This document shows positions 21,060 through 31,495 of a stretch of DNA of 64,000 nt, one piece after another. Positions within the stretch are counted from its first letter, which is position 1, and each line of letters starts with the position of its first letter. The notes under the pieces were generated by a model, which was not told where the DNA came from, did not search any database, and saw only the letters and a program-made list of their open reading frames with translations. This DNA comes from an uncultured Gemmatimonadales bacterium (lineage in GTDB: Bacteria; Gemmatimonadota; Gemmatimonadetes; Gemmatimonadales; GWC2-71-9), in contig CAWJIM010000005.1 of NCBI GenBank assembly GCA_963842945.1, positions 32,001 to 96,000 of the forward strand. Direction: 5' to 3'. A program made the position numbers and the translations under genes.

Positions 21060-22531
21060 GCACGTCCGCCTCGTTCGAAGTCGCCCGGGCCACGGGTGCG
21101 CGCCAACCACAACGGCGGCTACTCCGGCGGCTCGCCACCTATGGGGTCTCGCGTGGCGCCACCGAGGCCATGCTGGCGGTTCGAGGAGTACTGCTCGCCG
21201 TGCTGCTCGGGCCGGCGGCGTTCGGCACCTGGGCGCTCCTGCGCCTGGTCATGCGCTACTCCGCACTCATCGGGCTCAGCGTCTATCGTGGGCTCGAGCT
21301 GGAGCTGTTGCGCAAAAAGGCGGGATCGCCTGGTGACGCCGGGACATTTGCGCCTGCCGGCGCTGGGCTTCGTGCTCCTGCTGTCGGGGGCCTCTCGCTC
21401 GTCGCGCTGACCATCTCGTTTCTGCGTGACGATCAGGCACACCGGGTGGTGCTGCGAGGCTTTGCGGCTGCGGGGCTGGCGGAGGCTCTCTTCGGCTATG
21501 CCCTGGTGTGCACCCGGGTGCGGGGGAGCCTCCGGCTCTACTCTCTGCTCGAGTCCGGGACGGCGGTGCTCCACGTAGTCTGCGCCGTCGCCCTGGCCTC
21601 GGTGTGGGGGCTGGGTGGCGCCTTCATCGGCCTCACTCTGGCCAACCTCCTGGGGATTGCCGCCGCGGCGCGGTGGCTCGAGCTGCGGCCCACCATCGAT
21701 CCGCAACGGGTGCGGCGGATGCTGGAGATTGGGTTGCCGGTGGTGCTCAGCATCGCGGCCGGAATTGCGCTGGGAACCGGAGACCGCTGGGTGGTGGCGA
21801 TCTGGGGTGGACCGACCATGCTGGGTTACTACGCGTTTGCCGGATCGGTTACAACCGTTGCAGCCGCGTTGGCGATGGTGGTGCGCACTGTCGTGTTCCC
21901 TCAGGTATATGGAGAAGCCAACTCCAATGGAGCGGCCGCGGCACTGCAGTCTCATCTGGAGCGGGCCTTATTGCCGTACGCCCGCCTGCTGCCACCGCTC
22001 CTTGGCGGATTGAGTCTGATTCTGGGACCGGTCGTGGTACAGGCGGTGCCCAGCTACCGCGAGGCTATTGCGCCGGGTCGAGTCTTTCTTCTAGCCGGGG
22101 TGGCCATGGGACTGGTCAATTTGGCCTCTATCGGTGCGGTCGCAGCCGGCCGGCAGAGGCGGCTGCCCCTCTATGCGGGATCGGCACTGGTGCTCACGTT
22201 TGCGCTTTCGATCATGGCGCTGGTCAGTGGCTATGGGCTCGGCTCGGTCGCTGCCGCCACCTTTGCCGGCCATCTGGTGTTCGCCGCACTGGTCCTCCGC
22301 CTCAATGTTCGGGAAGCCGGTATCCGGGAGCCGGGGCGGTTCGTCGCCACCATTCTCCTCCCGCTCGCGTGGTGCACCACCGCCGTGGGACTGGTGGGAC
22401 AGGTGATACCCGGTCTGGACGTTCGGTCGACCGCCATGGCCCTTTCCCTCTATCTCCTCCTGCTGGCGCCGCTGATGCCGAGCTGGACCAAGGAGATCCG
22501 GCGGATCCGCCATCGAGTCTCCGGCATTTGA
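21056..22531 (+). CDS. Wzx/MATE-like oligosaccharide flippase
   Basis: GTGA overlap with GNAT; LLGPAAFG.W, MLEIGLP, DRWVV...GPTMLGYY.FA, VFP motifs; many TM helices; probable compensating indels ~21330-21390. Confidence 0.82.
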   Translation: MSTSASFEVARATGARQPQRRLLRRLATYGVSRGATEAMLAVRGVLLAVLLGPAAFGTWALLRLVMRYSALIGLSVYRGLELELLRKKAGSPGDAGTFAPAGAGLRAPAVGGLSLVALTISFLRDDQAHRVVLRGFAAAGLAEALFGYALVCTRVRGSLRLYSLLESGTAVLHVVCAVALASVWGLGGAFIGLTLANLLGIAAAARWLELRPTIDPQRVRRMLEIGLPVVLSIAAGIALGTGDRWVVAIWGGPTMLGYYAFAGSVTTVAAALAMVVRTVVFPQVYGEANSNGAAAALQSHLERALLPYARLLPPLLGGLSLILGPVVVQAVPSYREAIAPGRVFLLAGVAMGLVNLASIGAVAAGRQRRLPLYAGSALVLTFALSIMALVSGYGLGSVAAATFAGHLVFAALVLRLNVREAGIREPGRFVATILLPLAWCTTAVGLVGQVIPGLDVRSTAMALSLYLLLLAPLMPSWTKEIRRIRHRVSGI

Positions 22532-22557
22532 CATCCCGACAGATTAGGTCGTAATTT
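22528..22557 (+). promoter_or_regulatory. Sigma70-like promoter (TTGACA-N18-TAATTT)
   Basis: Perfect -35 at 22528-22533; -10-like hexamer at 22552-22557; predicted +1 falls on or near ATG 22564. Confidence 0.65.
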
Positions 22558-22563
22558 CTTGCC

Positions 22564-22659
22564 ATGAACTCCGTCGTCTCGCAGCTTCGCTCTGTCTCCG
22601 CCTCATGTTGCTGTACAAGCGCTCGAAAAACGCGAGCAGAGGGCGCCGCCCGAGATTGA
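22564..22659 (+). CDS. Putative leaderless Cys-rich leader peptide (31 aa, MNSVVSQLRSVSASCCCTSARKTRAEGAARD)
   Basis: Read directly; TGT-TGC-TGT at 22606-22614; lies upstream of a sulfurtransferase; not in ORF track. Confidence 0.65.
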   Translation: MNSVVSQLRSVSASCCCTSARKTRAEGAARD

Positions 22660-22686
22660 CTAGTGGCACAGGATCAGGACTTCTCG

Positions 22687-22728
22687 CCGGCCGCACCTCT
22701 TCCGAGGTCAGCGGCCGGTCTCATTTCT
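22687..22728 (+). terminator. Attenuator/terminator-like hairpin in sulfurtransferase leader
   Basis: CCGGCCGC-ACCTC-TTCC-GAGGT-ca-GCGGCCGG followed by pyrimidine run TCTCATTTCT. Confidence 0.6.
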
Positions 22729-22766
22729 GATACTCAGTACGCGAGCTTCTTACCAAGGAGAATGCT

Positions 22767-23660
22767 ATGACCCCGGTGCAGACCGCTCACTCTGTTACTC
22801 CGATCGAGGAGCGAGGATATGCTCATCCGGAGGTGCTGGTGTCCACCGATTGGGTGGCTCAGCATCTGGAGGATCCCAAGGTCCGGCTGGTCGAATCGAA
22901 TGAGGATCTGCTGCTCTATGACACGGGGCACATTCCGGGGGCGGTAAAGATCGACTGGACCAACGACCTGAACGATCCGGTCATCCGCGACTACGTCGAT
23001 CGCGAGCGGCTGCAGAAGCTCCTGCGGTCGAAGGGCATCGACAACGACACCACCATCGTCTTCTATGGCGACAAGAACAACTGGTGGGCCACCTACGCGC
23101 TGTGGGTGCTGCAGCTGTTCGGGCTAAACAATGTGAAGGTGATGGACGGCGGCCGGCTCCGCTGGATCGACGAGGGCCGTTCCCTGTCCACTGATCGAAC
23201 CAAGTACCGTGAGGGCAACATCACGGTGGGAGAGCGAGACGACTCCCGCATCCGCGCCTTCCGCGAGGACGTTCTCGCTCACCTGAAGCAGAAAGGCCAG
23301 TTGGTCGATGTCAGGAGCCCCGAGGAGTTCCGGGGAGAGAAAACCCACATGCCGGAATACCCGCAGGAGGGCTGCCTGCGCGGCGGGCATATTCCCGGAG
23401 CGAAAAGCATCCCCTGGGCCAAGGCGATCGACCCCGAAACTCACACCTTCCGGCCCGCGAGCGAGCTGCGCCAGCTGTACCAGCAGGACAACAATCTGCG
23501 GCCGGAAGCGGAGACCATCGCCTACTGCCGGATCGGCGAGCGGTCGTCTCACACCTGGTTCGCACTCACCTACCTGCTCGGCTACGACAACGTGCGGAAC
23601 TACGACGGCTCGTGGACCGAGTGGGGGAACGCGGTGCGGCTTCCGGTGGAGAAGGGGTGA
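22767..23660 (+). CDS. sseA: Two-domain rhodanese / thiosulfate sulfurtransferase (SseA/CysA type)
   Basis: GHIPGA x2, active site [29 protein letters not shown]. Confidence 0.93.
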   Translation: MTPVQTAHSVTPIEERGYAHPEVLVSTDWVAQHLEDPKVRLVESNEDLLLYDTGHIPGAVKIDWTNDLNDPVIRDYVDRERLQKLLRSKGIDNDTTIVFYGDKNNWWATYALWVLQLFGLNNVKVMDGGRLRWIDEGRSLSTDRTKYREGNITVGERDDSRIRAFREDVLAHLKQKGQLVDVRSPEEFRGEKTHMPEYPQEGCLRGGHIPGAKSIPWAKAIDPETHTFRPASELRQLYQQDNNLRPEAETIAYCRIGERSSHTWFALTYLLGYDNVRNYDGSWTEWGNAVRLPVEKG

Positions 23661-23701
23661 CAACAAGAGCGTGAGCGGTAAGCGGTAAGCGGGAAGGCCC
23701 G

Positions 23702-23748
23702 CACCTCATCCCGAGCGCAGCGAGGGATCTACCTGTCGGGATGAGGTG
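23702..23748. repeat. REP-like palindromic element, copy 1
   Basis: CACCTCATCCCGA...TCGGGATGAGGTG 13-bp inverted repeat; left arm shared with 46036-46063. Confidence 0.75.
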
Positions 23749-26713
23749 ATCAGGTCGAGTTCCGCCAGCCGCTTCCTCGCTCCGGCCACAACCGGCTGAA
23801 GCTCCGGGTCCGCGTTCTGCCAGAGCTCGATGAACCGGCGGTAGTGCTTCACCGCCTCGTCGCGGTCTCCCCGCCGGTCGTAGATCTCGGCCTGGCGGAG
23901 ATGCGAAGGCGCCAGGTACACCAGCTCGTACGATGCCCGCTCCGCGATCGAGCGGAGCCAGCCGAGCGCCTCGTCGTCCCTTCCGATGTCGGCGAGCAGC
24001 TCCGCCCGAAAATACCGGTCGTACGCCTCGGCAACGAAGACCGAGGCCGCCGTCTCCCAGTCCGCTGCGTCGAGATCGGTCAGTGCTTCTTCGGTCCGGC
24101 CGCCGGCGGCGGCGACATGGGCCCGGATGCTCTGCGCCAGGGTATGGGCCAACCGGCCGGTGCGAGAGGAATCCGCGGTCCGTTCTAAAGCTCGGGCATT
24201 GGCCAGCGCCCCGGTGGTGTCGCCCAGACGGGTGTCGAGCAGGCCCAGCCGGTGAAGCCGAAGGAAGCGGTGGATGCCCACATGCGCCGTGGTGTGCCCG
24301 GCCTGGTCCGCGGGGGCGGCAGCCGGTGTCCACCGCCGTACCGCATTGCGTGCCTCCTCGATGTCCTGGCGCGGCAGCGGCAAGAAGGTGAAGGCGGCAA
24401 AGAGCGACTGCAGCTCGAGCGCCGGGATCGAGTCCTGCCGGGCCGCCACGGCCAGCTCGCTATCGGCCCGCCGCCATTGTCCCCGGGCGATCGCGACCTG
24501 GGCCAGCATCCGATGCCCGTAGCCCTGGAGATCCGGGGCCTGGGCGGCACCCACCAGCCAGCGGGCGAATCGCTCGGTCCCGTCCAGATCGTCCGCCAAC
24601 ACGGCGACCTCCAGCGCCGTCACCGGCGGTACCCCAGCCGGGCCCGCGAGGATCTGCTGGGTGACCCGCTTCTGTCCCGGCCGGTCGCCCAGGGCATAGG
24701 CGCGAAACGCGCGGGACTCGACGACCTCGGCACCTTGGGTCACTTGGCGCACCCGGCGCACCAGCGTATCCACCTCCTGCCGCTTTCCCTCTATCCAGGC
24801 GATCCGGGCCAGGTGGATCAGGGCTTCTCCGTTATCCGGGTCGCGGGCGAGCACCTGCTCCAGGGCCGGCCGCGCCTCGACCGAGGAGCGTCCCCTGAGC
24901 GGATTGCCGTGACCAGGACCTCCGCGAGCTGGAGCCACGCGTCGGTATCGTCCGGATAGTCGGCCACCAGACTCCGGCCCAGGCTCTCAGCCTCATCAAA
25001 GCGTCCCAGTCGCCAGGTGTGCTGCACCTCGATCAGCCGGCGCTCCCGTTCGCCCAGGCGGTCCCGGTAGCGGAGCGCCTGATCGGCTGAGCGCTGTGCC
25101 TCTTCGGCACGCCCGGCCCGGTCGGCGGCATCGCTCAACCGATAGTACCCCAGGGCAAAGGTGCTGTCGGTCGTCACGGCCTGGGTGAGCGCCTCGATGG
25201 CCTCGGCGTAGCGGCCCTCCCGGTAGGCGTTCTCTCCGTCCAGATAGGACTTGAAGGCCGAGAGAGACGCGGTCGTCACCGCGGCCACCCGGGTGAGCCG
25301 CTCGTGAGGCTGGCCATAGCGGCTCGCGATCAGCTCGGCGGCCAGCCGGTCCACCAGCTGGAACAGCTCCGCCGTGCTGCCTGCGACCGACGACTGACCG
25401 ACGGGATCGTTGCGCCCGCGCTGATACATGACGGCACTGATGTGGACCTGGTCGCTCGTGGCGACGACGTCGCCCAGCACGTAAAGCTCGGCGCCGAGCC
25501 GGTCGGCCCATCCGCGGGCGCGCTCCGGGTCCGGCGGCTCGCTGTCCTGGCTGGCCACCCGGGCCAGATAGGCGCTGGGGTGTATGCTGCGGAGCTCACC
25601 CGCGCCGTCCAGGCTGGCACTCAGCAGATCGGCCAACCCGTTGCCGAAGAAGCCGGGCTGGCCGCTGCCGGTGAAGCTGAACGGGAAGACCGCCACCAGG
25701 TCGGGTGAGACCGGGGTGCCGGGAACGGATCGGTTACCCCACCACACGTCGGCCAGCACGAGCAGAGCCAGTCCGAGCCCGACCAGGCGAAGGGTTCGCC
25801 TCTTCCGGCCGGATGCATCTGGAGCGCCGGGGGGAGCCGCGACGGCCGAACCGGCTACGCCGGGTTCTGCCGCCGGGCCGGCTGGGGTTGAATGTCCGGT
25901 TGAAGCACCCGCTGTAACTCCGTTCGGGACCGACGTCGCGCCGGGAGACGGACTGATCCGGGGACCCGCCGGTCTGGCCGGCGGGGTTCCGGCCCAGCGG
26001 CCGAACATGCCCCGCAGCTGCTTGGCGTACTCCACGACTTCCGGATCGGGTGCGGTGTCGTACTCGCCCCGGATCAACTCCTCATAGACGCGGGCGTGGT
26101 CCAGCGCCGCGGACCGGTCGCCCGCCTGAACCAGGGCCCGCATGAGCCCCACGGCGTACCGGGAGTTGACCCGGTCGGTGGCCGCGAGCCGGCGCCACCA
26201 GTCGGAGGCTCCGTGATGGTCGCCGTGCCGGGCGGCGGTATTGGCCAGGGCCTCCAACGCGCCGGCATAGCGCTGCGCCAGGATGGCCCGCTCGGATTCC
26301 GCCCAGCGCTCGAACTCGGCCAGGCCGGGGAGATAAAAGCCGTCGAGGAAGGGCCCCCGGTAGAGGGTCACCGCGGTGGTGGGGTTGGACCGGTCCAGTG
26401 CCGCCTGGAAGTCGCAGGCGTCCACGCTGATGGTCTCGGGGTTCAGCCGAAGTGGTCCGGGACCGCGGAGGAAGACATCCTCGTGGAGCTCCTGGCGGAG
26501 CTGGAACATGGTCTGCTTCAGGTTGTTGCGGGCCCGGTCGGTGTCGCTCTCGGGCCAGAGGAAGGCGAGCACCCGGTCCCGGCTCACCCCCTGTTCGCTG
26601 CCCAGTCCTACCAGGGCCAGCAACGCCAGCGAGCGCTTCCGGGCGATCGCCCCCGCCACGGGGCCGTTCTCGTCTTCAATGGTGAGACCGCCGAGGGTCC
26701 TGAGGCGCAACAT
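23706..26713 (-). CDS. SARP-like regulator: wHTH + BTAD, Pro-rich linker, TM helix, TolB-N-like domain, TPR repeats; frameshift ~24910
   Basis: LRLRTLGGL, VSRD.VLAFLWPESD..RARNNLKQ, LYRGPFLDGF, LMRAL..AGDR..AL; VAVFPF; C-terminal YRRFIELWQNADPELQP. Confidence 0.85.
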
Positions 26714-26735
26714 TTGGCAGGGGGATGAGGTGCTC

Positions 26736-26778
26736 TAACCCGGATATAACCGCCACCTAACCGACAGCTCTTAGGTTA
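26736..26778. promoter_or_regulatory. Three TAACC direct repeats at exact 11-bp period plus one inverted copy
   Basis: TAACC at 26736, 26747, 26758; GGTTA at 26774; just upstream of the SARP-like gene start. Confidence 0.5.
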
Positions 26779-27074
26779 CGGCGCCGTACCGGGAAAGACA
26801 ACACCTTCTCAGCCGAGCCGGACCCGCCGGTGTCGTTTCTCCGACGCAGTTCCTCGCCCCAGGCGCCGCAGGTGAGTCGTTGGTAGGGTACCCCTTACGG
26901 TAATCCGGAACAGGAGACATCTTTGCGGCAGTGTCGCCAATCATCAGGGACACCGCAGTGCAACAGTGGCTCACTCCGGCGCAGTACGGTCCAGCCAAAG
27001 TCTGGTTGAAGGATGGATGCGGAACAGCTCGGAAGGTGAATTGCTGTCACCCCGATAATACCTCGACACAACTG

Positions 27075-27156
27075 AAGTTCGAGTGAACGGCACCCCGGCC
27101 GCGAGGCCGGTCCGCAAAGCCCCGGGTCTCTCCGAGACAGCCAGGCTGCCGAAGGT
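27075..27156 (+). ncRNA. c-di-GMP-I (GEMM-I) riboswitch
   Basis: GGCAc-CCCGGCC-GCGA-GGCCGG-tc-CGCAAAGCC..GGGTCT..GACAGCCAGGCTGCCGAA matches GEMM-I layout (GNRA-capped P2, GCAAAGC, P3, GCCGAA). Confidence 0.82.
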
Positions 27157-27213
27157 GCGTCTATGCTGGCGCCTTCGTGTCCCTGGTTCCAGGTCCCCTG
27201 AGGAGAAGTCCCG

Positions 27214-30200
27214 ATGCGTCGTGCCCTGCTGGTCTGACTCTTGCCATCGCGTTCGCCCTTGCCTGCGGCGACGACATCACCGAGCCGACCGGACCCCGAA
27301 GACCACTGCGGTGGCGGCGAGGCCCTTGTTCGCCACGACGACGACGGAAGACGGTTTGTCGATCTCGACGGACAAGGACGACTACCAGCCGGGGGATGTG
27401 GTGCACTTCACCGGGTACGGCTGGCAGCCGGGGGACGTGCTGGACATCGTGCTCACGGATGATCCGCAGACCGCACGAGCCGCACACCTGGACGGTGAGC
27501 GTGGGGGCGGACGGGATGTTCCACGACTCGACCTATGTCGTGGATGAGGGGGACCTCAACGTCGCGTTCACATTGGTGGCGACGAGCAGGGCGACGGGGC
27601 GGAGCCTGACGGTGAACTTTACGGATTCTCAAGCGCAGTCTCTCACTCTTGCGCCCACAAGTTCCACGGTGACTCAGGGGACTTCGGGCGAATTACACCG
27701 TAGCCGTAAAAATGGGTGGAAATACCGGTCAGTGTACGATAACGCTCACTGTGAGTTCAATCACTCCTGCCGCACCGTCATCAACTCCTGTGTTTGGTGG
27801 CGGTGCCAATCCTTTCAACGACGAACGCCGATTTTAACAGAACTCTGACGATCGGCGGCACGCTAGTACGCCTCCAGGCACTTACACCTTCACGTAGTCG
27901 GACTGAAGGGTCAAATTGCCAGGGCAACAATCCTCCTAAAACGGCCTCGGTACCTTAATCGTCCAAGCACCTGCCGATCAGACGCGGCCGACGGTTACCA
28001 TCAACCAGGCTGGCGGGCAGGCCGACCCCACCAACGCTTCACCGATCAACTTCACGGTGGTGTTCAGCGAGACAGTCACAGACTTCGCCACCGGAGACGT
28101 TACCCTCGACGGGCGCGGGTCGGCCCGGAGCTACCGCCGCCGTAACCGGCAGCGGAACGACTTACAACGTGGCGGTCAGCGGGATGACCACCACGGGCAC
28201 CGTCAGTCGCTTCGATCGGTCGCCGACGTGGCTCACGATGCCGCGGGAAATGGTAACGATGCCTCCACCAGCACCGACAACACCGTGCTCTACGACAAGA
28301 CCGGGCCCACGGTCACCATCAATCAAAAGTCCGGCCAGCCCGACCCCACGAACCAGTCGCCGATCCAGTTCACGGTAATCTTCGACAAACCGGTCAGCGA
28401 CTTCACGGGCGGACGTCACGCTGGGTGGGACAGCCGCACCCGACTACGGCCGTGGTGTCCGGCGGATCCGACGGGACGAACTTCGAGGTCGCGGTGAGCG
28501 GGATGACCGGCGACGGAACGGTCACCGCCACCATCGCAGCCGATGTGGCCGCACGATGCCGCCGGGAACGGCAACATGGCGGCCTCCAGTACCGACAACG
28601 AGGTCACCTACGATGCGACTCCGCCGACGGTGACCATCAATCAGGCAACCGGGCAGGCGGACCCGACCAATGCTTCACCGATCAACTTCACGGTCGTGTT
28701 CAGCGAGCCGGTGAGCGGCTTCCCGAGTAACGACATCCCTTCTGAGCGGGACGGCGAACCCGGCGACAGCCTTGGTGTCGACTAGCGACCCAGAGCTGAA
28801 GACCTACAACGTTGCGGTGAGCGGAATGACCGGCGACGGAACCGTCACTGCCGCGGTCAGGGTCAACGCCGCTGATGATGAGGCCACGAATCACAGCACG
28901 GCTTCCACCAGCACGGACAACACCGTTACCTACGACCATACGCCGCCGACCGTCACCATCAACCAGGCCGCCGGCCAGGTGGACCCGACCAGCGCATCAC
29001 CCGATCAACTTCACCGTTGTTTTCAGCGAAAACGTGACCGGCTTTGAGAGCGGTGACGTGACCCTGGCCGGGACGGCCAGCTCACTCGGCTGCAACCGTC
29101 ACCGGTGGCCCGGCGACTTACAATGTGGCGGTCCCGGTGACCGCGCCTGGAACCGTGATCGCGTCGATCAATGCTGGTAAGGCCAGTGATGCGGCGGGTA
29201 ACGGCAATACGGCGTCCACCAGCACCGACAATACTGTGACCTACGACCCAGAGCCGCCCGCAGTATCCAACGTGGCGGTGAACCCCACTCCAACCAACGG
29301 CACGATCGCCGTGACTGCCACGGCCAAGGTTGACGATGCCGCGACCGGCAACTCCAAGATCGTCTCGGCCGAGTACAGCATCGATGGCGGCACCCCGGTG
29401 GCGATGAATGCGGCAGACGGCAGCTTCAATTCAGCGACCGAAAACGTGACTGCCATCATTCCGGCAGCTGTGGTTGCCGCACTACCCGCCGGGCGCTCAC
29501 CAAGTATGCGTCCGGGGTACCGACGATGCCGGCAACAGAAGCTCGTTCTCCGATACCGGGGCATGCGCTACGCTGGTGGTGGATCCTGAGCCGCCTGCTG
29601 TGTCGAACGTTGCGGTCAACCCGAACCCGACCAACGGCACGATCAACGTCACCGCCACCGCCAAGGTCGACGACGCCGCCACCGGTAACTCGAAGATCGT
29701 GTCGGCCGAGTACCGGATCGATGGTGGCTCCGCGGTAGCGATGTCCGCCGCCGACGGCAGCTTCAGCTCGGCAACCGAAAACGTCACCGCGAGTATCTCC
29801 CGCAGGAACAGTCGCGGCGTTGAGCAACGGTCCGCACCACAGTCTGCGTTCGGGGAACCGACCAGGCCGGGAATACGAGCTCATTCGACGACGCCGGTGC
29901 CTGCGCCACGCTCAACGTGGATAAGCAGCCACCAGTTGTCTCAAACGTGGCTGTCAGCCCGAGTCTCACCAACGGTTCAATCAATGTGACTGCTACCGCA
30001 AACGTGGATGACGCCGCCACCGGCAGCTCAAGGATTGTAGCGGCCTACTACAATATCGATGGTGGCCTCGCGATTGCGATGGGCGCTTCTGATGCGGCCT
30101 TCGACGAGGCGACAGAGAACGTCACCGCGACAATACCGGCTGCTACCGTACATGCGCTCGACGAGGGCAATCACACCGTTTGTGTGAAGGGGAAGGATCT

Positions 30201-31395
30201 CGCGGGTAACCTGAGCGCTTTCACAGATGCCGGCGCGTGCGCCACACTCACGATCGATAAGACGCCGCCGGAAGTGACGATCAATAGAGGTGGAACACAA
30301 GATGATCCGACGAATGCCTCGCCGATCAACTTCAAGGTTGTGTTCAGCGAAAATGTCAGTGACTTCGCCACCGGAGACGTCACATTGAGTGGAGCGGCGG
30401 GCGCCACGACAGCGACGGTGACGGGGAGCGGAACCACGTATTACGTCGCCGTAAGCGGGATGACTGGCGACGGAACGGTGATCGCAAGCATCGCGGCCGA
30501 TGTGGCTCACGACGGCGCTGGGAACGGGAATAACGCGTCCACCGGCACCGCTTCAGTAGTGTATGACCACACACCACCAGTCATCGTGTGCGGCACGGCT
30601 GACGGAGCCTGGCATGCCGGAGATGTATCGATCGGTTGCACGGCAACGGATGCCACGTCCGGGTTGGCGAGTGCAGCCGATGCCAGCTTCAGCCTGACGA
30701 CCAATGTCGCGGCCAACACCGAGACCAATAACGCGTCGACCAACTCACGCACGGTCTTCGACAAGGCGGGCAACAGCTCGGTCGGCGGTCCAATCAATGG
30801 CAACATGGTGGACAAGAAGGCGCCCCAGGTCGCGCTGACGTGTCCGGCAGACCTGGTGATTCTGAACGCGTCTGTGAACGCGACCTGGGCGGCAAGCGAC
30901 GGAGGTTCCGGCGTTACTCCCAGCGGAACTGTACCGCTGGTGACCAACTCCATCGGCTCGAAGACCGCAAGTGTCACGGTACACGACAACGTGGGCAATC
31001 CCAACTCCAGCAGCTGCGGCTACACCATCGGGTATAGCTTCTCCGGCTTCTCCGCCCCGGTCGACCGGCCGACCACGATGAACATCTCCAAGGTCGGCCA
31101 GGCCATCCCACTTAAGTGGCGGCTGACCGATGCTAGCGGCCGGGGGATAGCGGGGGTGACGAGCGTGGCAGTACAAGCCTATGATCTGAACTGCTCCCTC
31201 GGGAGCACCCTGGACGTGGTGGAGGAATACGCGGGTAACTCAGGACTCCAGGATTTGGGAGACGGCTACTACCAGTTCAACTGGAAGACGCCGAGTAGCT
31301 ATCTGAACAGCTGTAAGAAGATCGCGCTTACGTTCGGCAGCGGAGGTCTCGGTTATACCGAGAAGCCGGCGGCATACTTCACCTTCAAGAAATAA
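27214..31395 (+). CDS. Large surface lipoprotein with tandem Ig-like repeats and C-terminal PxKF domain; many frameshifts in 27235-29900
   Basis: AGGAGA SD; LAIAFALAC lipobox; 5x PTVTINQ..GQ.DPTNASPINFTVVFSE repeats, 3x PPAVSNVAVNP.PTNG repeats; GFSAPVD...GQAIPLKWRL. Confidence 0.78.
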
Positions 31396-31418
31396 GTCAG
31401 CCTATAGTGACAGAACGG

Positions 31419-31447
31419 AGGCCCGGCACCCGCCGGGCCTTTGTTTT
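31419..31447 (+). terminator. Rho-independent terminator
   Basis: AGGCCCGGC-accc-GCCGGGCCT then TTGTTTT. Confidence 0.85.
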
Positions 31448-31495
31448 GTCTCACCACATGGACCGCTGACCGGAACATGGCTATGCTGCCACCCG

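Noticed and set aside
20441..22531. 696-aa GNAT-flippase fusion in the ORF track
   Set aside because: Artefact of the ~20800 frameshift; the GNAT finishes in another frame at 21059 and the flippase has its own GTGA-overlap start
27985..30560. CRISPR array or DGR repeats
   Set aside because: Repeats are 300+ bp protein-coding modules with codon-level divergence; no spacers, cas or reverse transcriptase genes
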